A stretch of DNA of 64,000 nucleotides from Lama glama (lineage: Eukaryota). Shown here in pieces: positions 39,330 to 52,394 of this stretch; position 1 is the first letter of the stretch; each line of letters opens with the position of its first letter. Location of the stretch: contig CM052817.1 in the NCBI GenBank assembly GCA_028534125.1, positions 8,122,001-8,186,000 on the forward strand, written 5' to 3'. A model generated the notes under the pieces. It was not told where the DNA came from, made no database searches, and saw nothing but the letters and a program-made list of their open reading frames with translations. The translations under genes were made by a program, and so were the position numbers.

Positions 39330-39920
39330 CTTAATGTGAGGCTGCCTGGCGGGGACGGAAAGGACTCACCAAGAAGCCCCGAGGCCTGCGCAACCCCGGC
39401 GCTGGATCCTCGCGCCAGAAGCTAAAGCTGCAATTGCAGAAACAGCAGAGAGGGATGCAGGAGCTCGCTGGAGGCCGTGAGGCCTGTGTAGAGACCACGC
39501 TCTCTTGGCTCGGCGGAGCGCTAACCGCGGGACTGCGGGGCCGCACCCGGGACTGTGGGCGGGGGCACCGAGGGAGGAAGCCCGGGCGCTTGTAGGAGGG
39601 AGAGTGGAGGAGAGCGCGGGCCTTGCGCCGGAGAGTGTGTCCCGCACACCCAGGCAAGCAAGGAGGAAACGTTTGAGCCCAGGAGCAGGAGCGAGCTTAC
39701 CTCTCCAGAGGCTCCGGAGGGACGCCCCGTCTCCCACAGCTATCTTTCAACTTGGCATTCCAACAGGAACAGAGAGGTGCTGTTGCCTGTGCCCCGGGTT
39801 CCGGGTCAGCTCTGGTCCGTCGGAAGGCACGCTTCTGCCTTTCCTGGCCTGACTTACTGCAAAAAGCTGCAACAGGAACCGGAGCGCTTCGGGAGGGGTG
39901 CGGGGCTGCAGGGCCGTTCG
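39330..39920. promoter_or_regulatory. Orphan CpG island with minus-strand splice signals
   Basis: CpG-dense; three strong minus-strand 5' splice sites and one good acceptor (see findings). Confidence 0.65.
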
Positions 39921-40599
39921 CCCAGTTCTTACAGTCGTGAATTGCCCTCAATTTGGACTTTCTCACGTTTCCTTCATAGGAGGCACAGCCTCAGATACAC
40001 CCAACAGATTTAAAAGAAGTTCACCGTTCAGCTTAACCGGGACCCCACACCGGACCACCCGTGCTTGTAGGGCCCTGGGACTCAATCTTCTTTTAAAATG
40101 CTTTAATGATTTGAACAGCCCAATTTATGCTGAATAACTTCTATGTGTGACTACAGAAAAAAATTAATTTATTACATGATGTAACCGTTTACAATATAAC
40201 ACACGTTTTGCAACCCTGTTTTGGCATTTCTTCATTGTAAAAACATATTTATCAGGAGATTCGAAAACTGGAGGTGGCCCAGGGTCTCTGCCTCTTGGAG
40301 GGCCCCTTCTCTGGGCACACCACAGAGCACTTGGAAAACTTTGAAGAATGTAGGAGTCCAAGGAAGATTGTTTCAGACCAGCCAACTCAGCATTACCCAG
40401 AAATTCATAATAATCATTATGGCAACAGTAATAGTAAGTCCACACCAGCTGCACACTGCTTAATGGTTTTCAAAGCACATCCACCCCTCTGTGATCTAGC
40501 CACGCCAAAGCCAAACCTAGGGGATGCTAGCTCTGAAAGACTAAAATGCACTCCTAAGCCGCTGCCTCACATCCTAAAATATGCTCCTAAGCTTTGAAT

Positions 40600-40800
40600 G
40601 ACCCTGACTTGGCCTCTGAATGGCCTGTGACTTTGGGCAAGTCACATTGTCTTTTTGAGCCTCAGTTTCTCCATCTGCAAAATGGAGTTTGTGTCCACAA
40701 AGCCAGGGCAGCCTCAGGGGACGGCTGTGGGACAGCATGCAGAAGCACTTTTCCACATGTAATGAATGCCCCTGACAAACAAATGCAGTTATAGTTATTA
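40600..40800 (+). mobile_element. MIR SINE
   Basis: gtgactttgggcaagtcacattgtctttttgagcctcagtttctccatctgcaaaatgg. Confidence 0.8.
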
Positions 40801-41771
40801 TTATCATTGGTGGTGGTGGTGGTGTGTATTGTTTAACTGCTCCCTCGAGCCTCTGCCTGTGCTTCCTTCATGGCTCTGAGTGTGATTTTTCACCAGTGGC
40901 CATGACTTCTGCAGCAGCCACACAACACTGACCGGTACATCTGCCTTGCCGCCCTCAGTGCTTTCGAATATTTGCTGTGTCTGGTAGGCATCATGCAGCT
41001 CTGTGTGGTTCCCAGTGGAGACTCAGGAGGGTGAGGCTGGAGGCACGCAAGACTGAAGCCCTGCGGCCTCTTGCGTGGGGCCTGGGCCCCAGCTCAGGTC
41101 TGTCTCTCTCTCCCCTCTTCTCTTTTCTGCCCAGGAGCTGCTCAGCTAGTTTTCTGGTTCGGGGAAGTGTGTGATTTGCTCTGATGCTCAGGCTCCGGAG
41201 GTGGCGGCTTTCCCTAATGCAGGCGGCTTTCTGAAGAGCGAGGTGAACTCCGTGGACTTGAGGGAGGCCAGATTCTACCTTTTTCTGGGTGTTGAAATGT
41301 GCATGGAGTCTCCGCCTGGCCAGACTGAGCTCTGGTGGCCAGTTAGGGTCCTGATCCTGCAGACATCTGCAGGCTTTGGATGAGGTCCTGTCTCCAAGGG
41401 ACGCTTGGTGTGGCTCTGCCCGTTTCCGCTCCCTCAGATGCCACCTCTCCTCAGGCCCAGCTTCTCTGGTTAGGCTACCACTAAGCTGCCTCTCAGCGGC
41501 ACATGGATGTCCTGTTCGAGCTCTCCTCCGACCTTCTTGGTCGAAGTCAGATTCACTGTCACCTCTATCCTTTGCTAGAGTGGAGGAGTGAGGATTTGCT
41601 GGGGCCCGGAAGCCATTTGTTTTCTGAAATGGAATCTAACCCCAAACTCCCCCTGCTTGGCCCAGCTCTTTCCGAGATATTCTCCCAGGGTCCATGAACT
41701 CCTCAAATCAAGTCGCTGTGAGTGAGACACAGCTTGTGATCTCTATGGTCAACAGGCCCTGGAGTTAGTGT

Positions 41772-41773
<2 letters not shown>

Positions 41774-41811
<38 letters not shown>
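41774..41811. repeat. (AC)19 microsatellite
   Basis: Perfect dinucleotide run seen directly. Confidence 0.95.
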
Positions 41812-41812
<1 letters not shown>

Positions 41813-42684
41813 AGCAACATTTGATACCCGATCATCCCAAATTTGCTGCCCAGAGCAAGATTCATAGGCTAAGCCTGATTCCCCAGGACCAGTTTCAGCA
41901 CAGGTCACAGCGTATTCTACCCTCCTTGCCATCATTCTTCCCATCTAAGTGCGTGAATTAGACTCAATAATCTTTAAGGCCAGCTCTGAGATTCACTAAG
42001 GGCAGAAAGGGACTGAGAAAGATGAAGCCAAAAGTCTACTGAACTCAGGTGACAGTTGCTCCTGGCGACCAAGCCCTGAGAAGGCTCAGAGGGCTCAGCG
42101 CAGCCCAGGGGCACAAGGAGTGGATGAAGGAAGATCCCCTTGGACTGGAAGCAGGGCAGGAGGATGCAGAACTGACTTTCTCATCTTTAAAGAAAGGTGG
42201 GGGGGAGTAGAGAAGGAAAAGGAGATGAAGAAAGTCATACCGAGAATTTCCAACAGGAGCTGTGTCTGCGGCCTGAGGCCCAGGTAAAGACATCCACCTT
42301 GGGTCTCGAAACGTGATGGGAAATCCTCCTAGGGCAGACTGGACCCGGAGGCTGCCTCCAGCTCCTGGAGTCAGATCTTTAGTCCCTTGCAGCAACACCA
42401 GCTGCAGGGCAGCTCAGAGTAAAACTGCAACAGTCCAAGGCAAACTGAAATAATTTGAGTCATTTTTCCTGGGCGACTCAAGCCAGCCCAGCGGAACTGG
42501 CCCAGGCAGGGAGCCTGAGAGGGGGCGAGGAAGGGAAGGGGAGCTGCCCGGCCTACGGAAGAAACTCCCCAGTCCTCTCGACTCCAAATCCACAAGGATG
42601 GAGAACAAACTACATTCTTAAGATGTAGCCACAAACAACTGACATTTTTAGAAAGGGAAAAAAAAAATGACCTCCTCCCCCTCA

Positions 42685-42726
42685 AAAAAAAAAAAAAAAA
42701 GAAAGAAAGAAAGAAAGAAAAAGAAA
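42685..42726. repeat. Poly(A) plus (GAAA)n tract
   Basis: Seen directly. Confidence 0.9.
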
Positions 42727-42999
42727 AACCCTTCAGTAGTTCTGATCTCTAGAGAGAAGAGAGGAGATTCTTGCTTTATTGGCAACGTTCTAACTTTCTG
42801 TAAGAGAAAATGCACTCATAATTAATAATGAAATTGAGATGAACTTTTTAAATATGTCAAAAAGAAACAAAATGATTGCAGCAATCCTTTGGAAGGTAGT
42901 TGGACTTGGGGGCGAGAGTGTGCCTATCTTGAGAGCATTTGTTTTTCCCTTGTCGTCTCACTGTTTCCAAAAGTGAGAATCATTTTGTGAAGCATTTGT

Positions 43000-43570
43000 C
43001 TCGGTTATCTGACCCCAGCCGGGCTAGGGCGGTTGCAGAAGCCCGGTCAAGGCCTTTGGGGCGCCAAGGCCGGGGGCCCGAGGTTGGGAAAGCTCGCGGG
43101 CGGGCAGCGGGACAGGGAGGCGGGCGTAGTGGCTTATGGGCTCGGGAGAAATTGAAAGTAGCCCCGGTCTGGGTTTCAGTGTTTTCCCGACTCGCCGGGA
43201 CTGGAGGCCTTAGTGCCTGCAATATGTCCTTAACTCTTGCTGACTAGCCCCAGGCCCGACGTGAGAGGCGTGTAACAGTGAGTGCTTCGTTCAGGTGAAT
43301 CCTCGAAATCTGGAGAATCATTCTGGGGAACGCCAGCGGGACGCGTTCATCTCTAAAATGAAGTAATAAATAATCATCGCCCTGCCCATTCTTTGCTCCC
43401 ACGGTGAGCTTCTGTGCGGATCAAATGACGGCGTGTCATTGAGGGAGTGAATGGAAGCGCTTTGGAACAGGATAGAGCGTCATTTGCACCCAGCAGGGGT
43501 CAAAGCGCAGGTGACCCTTCCCGGGAGACACATTAGCTCCACGTTCTCCTCTAACCGCTTCGGGATTCCA
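43000..43570. promoter_or_regulatory. CpG-rich element just 3' of NKX3-2
   Basis: CpG-dense stretch. Confidence 0.5.
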
Positions 43571-45049
43571 GCAAGAGTTTTTGCTAGCCTATTCTCGAAA
43601 TAATGACAAGACGGCTTAGAGAAAATGCTCAGAAAATCGAAAGCAAAGAGGATGCGGGCAGGTGGAGGAGTGAACAGGTTAGGGTGGGAGATGGAAATTG
43701 GCAGCGAGTTGCTATGAACCCTTTCTAGACTCTGAAACCAATGCCCACGAGAAAAAAGGGACTCCTAGGTATTTGCTCTGGATTCAGTGGGATTCCTACG
43801 TGACTCCTGCAAAGTCTTGGAAATAGCGATTCCCTGAGCTGCGTGGGTTTAAACTCTTCCCGGAATTGCGCATCAAGGGCGGCTTCCGGAAGGGGCTGGG
43901 CATCTGGTCCAGGACTGAAAAGAGGTTGGCAAAATGAGCCCCAGGTATTTCCACGTTACCGGTTCCCCCAAAGCCGGAGAGGGAAAGGCTCAGAGAAAAC
44001 ACGGCGTCCAGAAGGGCATGTTAATCTAAAAGTTTATAAATTAAAGGGAAAAAAATACAACGAATAGAGCTTCCAAATTTCACAAATCTTTTAAAAGTTA
44101 ATACTCTAGTTGAGTGCACAGTGCCCTTAAGGAGGCGAAAAGCGGCGAGGTTGACATGAGGTTGACAAGATCACCTGTCTTAGGGGCAGGGACAGGGATA
44201 GGAGAATCCTGGGTCAGGACGCAAGAGTCACGGAGGGTGGACAGTAGAGACAGAGCGTCCAGCGGCCGAATTGCGGAGGACGCCAAGGAAAGGCTGGTCA
44301 AGGATATTCACATTGAATACAAAAATAACCGTCATTTGAATACAAACAACTGAAAAGTGCTACAAGTTTTAACCGCCTTTACAAAAATAAAAGAAAGAAA
44401 GGAAAGTCTGAGAAGGGCTCCTGGGTTTGCTTTCTTCTGGTTCAGGGGCTCCCAGGAGCTCCCCGCGTTGGTCGCAGCCCTGGACCTCGGAGAGGGAAGA
44501 TGCGGGGCAGTTGCCCTGCCCTGTGCTCAGAGGCTCCGTTCTATACATTCAGCACCCAATCGGGCGCCCCCACCCGAGCTGTGACACCAGGGAGGGGTGG
44601 GGCGGAGGGCCCGTAAACCAAACCCTTCACGTTTCAATGAACCCCTAGCCTGGGGCTCCCTGGGGCTGCCAGGGTTCTGCACCCCTTTGTAACAAATGCA
44701 ATTTCCAAAAATAATAGATATGTAGATACACATAGATTGGTAGCATGGATACCATGAACTAGTGTGGCCTAGCGCACGAAGCTCCCAGCAGGCCTGAAAT
44801 TCTGGGATTCAGGCTATGTGGTCTCCAGGAGTTCTCTCCGCTCTGGGGAAAAGCCATCCCCAGGCAGACACAATCCAAATTCAACATTGTGGTGGTAATA
44901 AATAATGTCCAAGGGCTTCCAGGCAGGTGAGAGGGAAACAGGGCCTCTAGGTCACCGGATGCCTCTGTTCAAACCAGAAAAAGGCGCCCCCCTCTGGGTA
45001 GACCCAGTCCCACAGCCAGGGTAAACGTCCTGGAGAGCAGAGACAGGGC

Positions 45050-47188
<2,139 letters not shown>

Positions 47189-47654
47189 CTGAGACGCTGG
47201 CCGACATCTCACTGTCGCTCCGGCCCGCGGCTTCCTCCTCCAGGTCCTTGGCGGCGGGCAGCTCGCAGACCGGCTGGCCGAGGCCGAGGGTCCCCCCAGC
47301 ACGGCAGGCCCCGCTGGCCCCCGGCGCATCCTCGCAGCGCCGCCCACCCTCGTTCTCCTCGCTCATCGCAGAGTCCGAGTCCCAGCCGCCCGGGCTCTCC
47401 GCGGTCCGCCCCACAGCCGTTCTGGTCCCGGCAGGCGACGCCAGCAGGGAGTCCTCGGCGCCCCCCAGCGCGCCCGCGTCTGTCTCCCCAAAGAGCCGCC
47501 AGCAACAGACAGCGGGCGCCGAAGCCACTGCCACTGCCGTGCCCCCGAGTACCGGGCGCCCCTCCGGCGCGGGCAACCCTCCGCGCTCCTCTTTCTTGTT
47601 AAGGATCGCCTGGATGGAGAAGGGCGTCAAGGTGTTGGCGCCGCGCACAGCCAT
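47189..47654 (-). CDS. NKX3-2: NK3 homeobox 2 (BAPX1), coding exon 1 (155 codons + 1 nt)
   Basis: ATG at 47654-47652 opens MAVRGANTLTPFSIQAILNKKEERGG...EEEAAGRSDSEMSASVSG. It contains the TN/eh1 motif FSIQAIL. Phase-1 donor G|GTCTGC at 47189|47188. Frame joins exon 2 correctly (466+527=993 nt, 330 aa + stop). Confidence 0.97.
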
Positions 47655-48152
47655 CTGCGCCGCGGGCCAGAGCGGCCGGGCGGGCGGCTGGGGCGCGGGG
47701 CAGCTCTGAGCTGGATGAAGCGCGCGGGCCGCCGCAGCGCGAGTGAGCCCCGCGCGCGAGGCCCCTGCAGCCCACTCCTGCGCTGCCCAGCAGCCTCCGC
47801 CCCCCTCTGGCCCCGGATCAGCGCCGACCCTCACCCCCACTTCCGAGGCCCACCGCACCCGGAGACCCCCTCCCCCCAATCCAGCGCCAGACGCTCTCCT
47901 TTCGCAGCTCAGCTGGATTATCTCATCGCCTCGCGCCCTTAGGGGCGGGCCGGGGTCTGCCCCTCGGAGGACGTGGGGGGAGGATCAGCGGAGCCCCTCC
48001 GCGGCTGCAGTCCCCTCCTGAGCGCCTCCGGGGCGCACGGCCCGAGTCACTTTTCTTTGCGCCTCTGTCTCTTCCCCTTCTGCAGGATTTCTCTCCAGGC
48101 TCGTCCTCTCCTTTTTCTGTTGGGCCGGCTCTTCCGGAGCCCACCCCCGGCA

Positions 48153-48172
48153 GCGGCGGCGGCGGCGGCGGC
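48153..48172. repeat. (GCG)6 trinucleotide repeat upstream of the NKX3-2 ATG
   Basis: cagcggcggcggcggcggcggcaacaac seen directly. Confidence 0.9.
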
Positions 48173-50212
48173 AACAACGACCGCGGCCTCTGGATTCCGA
48201 CAGACGCGGGGGCACCTTTTTACCCCCTGCCCTGGTTTTATCTGTTTCTTCTCTCTTTCCTTCCCCAGCGTTCCAGCGTACCCCCCTCCCGTCCGGGTGT
48301 CATTCCTCACTTCTGAGTGACAGCCTCAGGCCACGCCCCTCCACTGGGCTGTCCCGGGCGCTCCCGGCTGCCCATTGGTTGGCTCCCGCTGGGCGACGTT
48401 GCCTAGAACAGACAAAACTGGGCACGTTGCGCGGAGAAAGTCAGGGTCTGACTTAACCCCTTTCCTCCCAAGCCTAGTCCTCGAAGCATCCATCCTCCAG
48501 CAACAGGGAGGCTCACCCACCTAGACAAACTGTCCGAGAAAACTTGCTTCTTACTTCTACAGATGTTATCTGCCTATTTGAGCACTTTTATGGAACACGA
48601 TATTTAGTTGAGTTAGATGGCGACGGGGGGACCCAAGATAACGCAGTTCTGTAAATCGCGCGCATAGTTTCTGTTCTCTAGGAAGGTTTACGAGTTCGAA
48701 GAACAAAATGTTGCTTCTTTTCCCCTTACAGTTTCTCGGCTTCCTCACTGTTAATTCTTTTCTCTGAAATAATCAGTTAATTAAAATCACTCTAGAAATA
48801 TTTTTCTTTCCTCTCCGAATTTTATTTGACTCAATTTCTATAGAGGAATTAAAAAGAAGAAGATGGTACAGATAGAACTAAAGTTAGGCGAGAAATTGGA
48901 AGGCATCTTTGGGAGAGTTTCTGGAAATTGCGCGATCATTTCCCTGGGTGGTCAATGCTGAATTTACTTGGAGTTTGTTAAATTTTACACCAAGAAGAAA
49001 ATGAAAAAAAAATCAATTTGTTCTTTATTCTGTTACTGGTGAGTTGAATAAGATTAGAAAAAGATATGTTTTTTGTTTAAAAGACTATCTGGGAATTACC
49101 ATAGAAAAGATCCCCACCTAATGACAGTAATGCTCTTTAAAAAAGTTATGCATTGTCTTACGTAGTAGAAGGAGCCAAGCTAAGAAACACAAATATTGTG
49201 GGTATATCAAAACATTTGTTACTTATTTATATTATTTGTTTTCAAATAAAAAGTTTGCTCAAGTAACATACTTTACCGTCTTCCATAAATTTTTACCAAA
49301 GGTTTGACTTAAAACCAAATACACAATTCAAACCATTAAATAAGTTTAGAGAACTGTGATTTTAATTTAGTAAATGGCTGGGATTGGTGTTTTTGGTGCC
49401 ACTAAAAGAAATGACATTCGCTCATGCAGCTTTCTTTTTGGTGGTTCTTGTTCTGCACCGCAGGATGAAATACACACGCTAGCTGTAGTTTTCAGGGTCT
49501 GTGTGTGGGGGGAGTCTTCACAGCATCTGTATTTTCTAGCATTTCAGCCACGTGATGCTCTTTTGCATCCAAAATACACTACAGTGCAGGTTCTGTAGTG
49601 TATTTGGGGGGAAAAACTCACCCTTGAAGAGGTCATTGCCCTTTTATAGCTCTTTACAGGCTACTTCAGTTTTGAGGGAAAGTGTTTAAATTTGGTGTCA
49701 GTAGGCGGCAAGTATAAGGAACTGGACGCCCTTCAGGCCCGGTGGGGAACAGAACAGAAAGCTTACGAGGTTTCAAAAGAAAGCTCTTCTTTCCTTCCTC
49801 CCGCTGACCTTCATTTATCCTCTAAATTATCCCCCTCTCCCACCACCCTGTACAATTTGCTGTTACTCTCTTGGGGCGAGCTGAGGAGATTGATTGACAC
49901 AGGTCGCTCAGAAGATGAGAAACGGGCAGGTGTGAACTGTGTGTCCCTTTGTGGGGTTAGGACTTGGTGTGGACAAACTAGAATGAGTCTGGACACACAG
50001 GCAGGCAGAGATGCTTGGAGGTTGAATGACTGAGTATGAGAGTAAGTTTGGGGGAGTTACACAAATGCTTGAAATATAATCACCACTTACCCCCAACTTT
50101 TTTTTTTTAAAAAAGGAACCCCAAATCAAAGTAGAATATACTCCTTGCCACAAACTTGGGCAGAGGTTTTCGAAGCTTAGAAAAATGCGGTTTGGTGATT
50201 TTGAGTTGTCCG

Positions 50213-50222
50213 GAGTGAGTGA

Positions 50223-50265
<43 letters not shown>

Positions 50266-50278
50266 TGTGCGCGCGCGC
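50213..50278. repeat. Compound microsatellite (GAGT)4-(GT)~17-ttgtgt-(GC)5
   Basis: Seen directly. Confidence 0.95.
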
Positions 50279-51550
50279 CAAGAGTGTAAGAAAGTGGCCG
50301 CTTTCCGAGTCTTCAGGAGGCGCACAGCGAGGGAGGCTCGTGTCATCTCGGGCAACTGCAGCGGTTAGTCAACCTCTAGGTCTGGGGAATGACTGCAGGC
50401 AGGGCCGGGAGTAGGGTGTTGGAGGAGAGTAAACACACTGGTCTGGAATTACCACTAGAAGCTGCACCTAATGAAGGATTGAGTGGTAATGAAAAGGCTT
50501 TGGGGCCAGAGAGCGGAGGTGGTCTGATGCACCGAGATTTCCTCGGGTACCTGCAAAGTCGAGGCTGGCGAGTGGGGGTGTGTGGCGAGGACTCAGCAGG
50601 TCACCGCATATCGCAGGGCTGCAGATAGGTGGGAACAAGGGCGCGTCCACGGGGGCGCGCCGGGGCCGGGTTTCCAGCCCATCGAGGGCGATTTGCTCCG
50701 GACATAACCGCGAGCTCCGGGAACCCGCGGCTGCCGCAAGCGTCTGAGGTTCGGTCTGCGCGGTGCTCCGGCCTGGTCCCGCCCCGAGAATCTGCGGAGC
50801 CGGGGAGCCCCCGCTGCCGGCCAGTCTTCGAGGAGGCACGCTCCGCGTTGGTGCCTTCTTCCCCGACCCCGCGCCCAGCTATTTCCCAGTCTTCTCCCCT
50901 CCCTTTCCGTCTTCCACCCTCCACCTCCTCTTCCTCCTTTGCAGTCTGGTTCCTGCGCGCCCTCTACGTGCCGCGCCCTCCAGCCCCCGGGACAGTCTAG
51001 AGCCGCAAGGCTGCCGGGAGGTGAGGCTTCCGCCGGCGGAGCGCAGAATTGGGGTGGGAGAGCCGAGGGGGCCGGATGGGGAGCGCGCCGCAAGCTGCTG
51101 CGCACACTCCCGCGCCCTCCGGTCCCGAGTCCGCTGGGATTTTCCGGTGGGGTCCCGCACGCCGGGCGCCTGCCGCCCTCCACCTGCGCCCTGGGCTCGG
51201 GGAGGAGACCGCCGGCTGCGCCCAGAGCAGCCTGAGGGCGACCGCCAGAGGCTGCTTTGCAATGGGAGGCCCCGCGGGTTTCTCAGACGCCGACGGCCTT
51301 GACCGGAGTCACCTGCTGTCTCTGGACCACGGTTTCCAGTCCTTAAAAACGAAGGTTTGTACCCGGTGCCCTCTGAGGTCGTTGCTGAACTGCTCGAGTT
51401 GGCAGGCAGAGAGGGGACGCGGTGCCAGCTCGCCTCGCGGGAGCCAGATCTAGGCAGGCCGCGCCTAGGACTTAACATCTCTCCCCATCCGCAAGCTCTC
51501 GTGGGCACTCTTAAGCATCTGAAGCATCTCGAGCGTCAAGCTATCCGCCA
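50270..51550. promoter_or_regulatory. Upstream CpG island ~3 kb 5' of NKX3-2; position resembles the start region of human lncRNA LINC01096
   Basis: Dense CpG/GC by inspection. The lncRNA correspondence is a positional inference from recalled human synteny, not from an alignment. Confidence 0.65.
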
Positions 51551-51689
51551 CTTTCCCGCCAGCAGACACTGACACCTGGGTTTCTGAGTCATCTGTTTCC
51601 AGACCCCACCAGAATTTTTCACGCACATGGTCCAGGTGTATCAGACCATTATTATGGGCCAAGGTAGTTTTATATTTAAATAAATGGTG

Positions 51690-51870
51690 TGCACCACCAA
51701 TGTGCCAAGAGCTACAGCTTACTGTTTTATTTAATCACTCTGAGGGTGGAGTGAGTAGAAAACATTATTATCCCCATTTTACAGATGAAGAAACTGAGAC
51801 CCATGGAATTTAAATGACTTTAGCATTAGTAAGCAGCTAAATCAGGATTCAAATCTGACTTCGTCTCATG
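51690..51870 (-). mobile_element. MIR SINE
   Basis: attattatccccattttacagatgaagaaactgagacc...ggattcaaatc. Confidence 0.8.
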
Positions 51871-52381
51871 CCACCCAGTTGGATTTTCTACTCTAAACTT
51901 TTTCCCTCATAAACCTGCACATTTATTCTAATTAAATGTTTCTCATCGTTTTCCTTACTTATTTCTATGTGATGCATTCATCAGAAAAGGAACTTAAAAC
52001 TTAAGGAAATCAAAGATTCAGGCAGGCAAATCTAACGATTTTTTTTGTTTCGTACTTTTGAAAATAAAAGAATGCTAAGGCCTGAGGATCTGACCCTAAA
52101 CCTTGTTATGTAGAAAGAAACACACCAATATGACGATAATCAATAAACTAAACCGTGTGTAGAGGGAGACGGGCAGGTGTTGGAAGCTCGTTGAGTTCCG
52201 AAGTATGGGGACCTGGGGTATGCTCGAGGCTCTGAGATGCTGCCATACATCCCCACGGAAGACGTTTTCCCTTTGGAGCTTAGTTTTCTTACCTGTAAAA
52301 AGCCAGCGTTGGCAATCACCTCTCAGGTATATAAAGAAATGTTCAGACTCCCGAACCGGCCTGGGTACAGTAGAGGACGAA

Positions 52382-52394
52382 CGCCACCTAGCGG
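52382..52394 (-). promoter_or_regulatory. CTCF core motif
   Basis: Minus strand reads CCGCTAGGTGGCG, matching the CTCF core CC(A/G)(C/G)(C/T)AG(A/G)(G/T)GGC(A/G) at all 13 positions, within a locally CpG-retaining patch. Confidence 0.65.

Noticed and set aside
41897-41917. REST/RE1-like TTCAGCAC...ACAGCG (and half-site near 44548)
   Set aside because: Mismatches at three core positions (C9, G12, G13); unlikely to bind.
50468-51508. Several overlapping 100-209 aa ORFs in the upstream CpG island
   Set aside because: Arg/Gly/Pro/Ala-rich, present in multiple frames and on both strands, no domain; expected from stop-codon depletion in GC-rich DNA.
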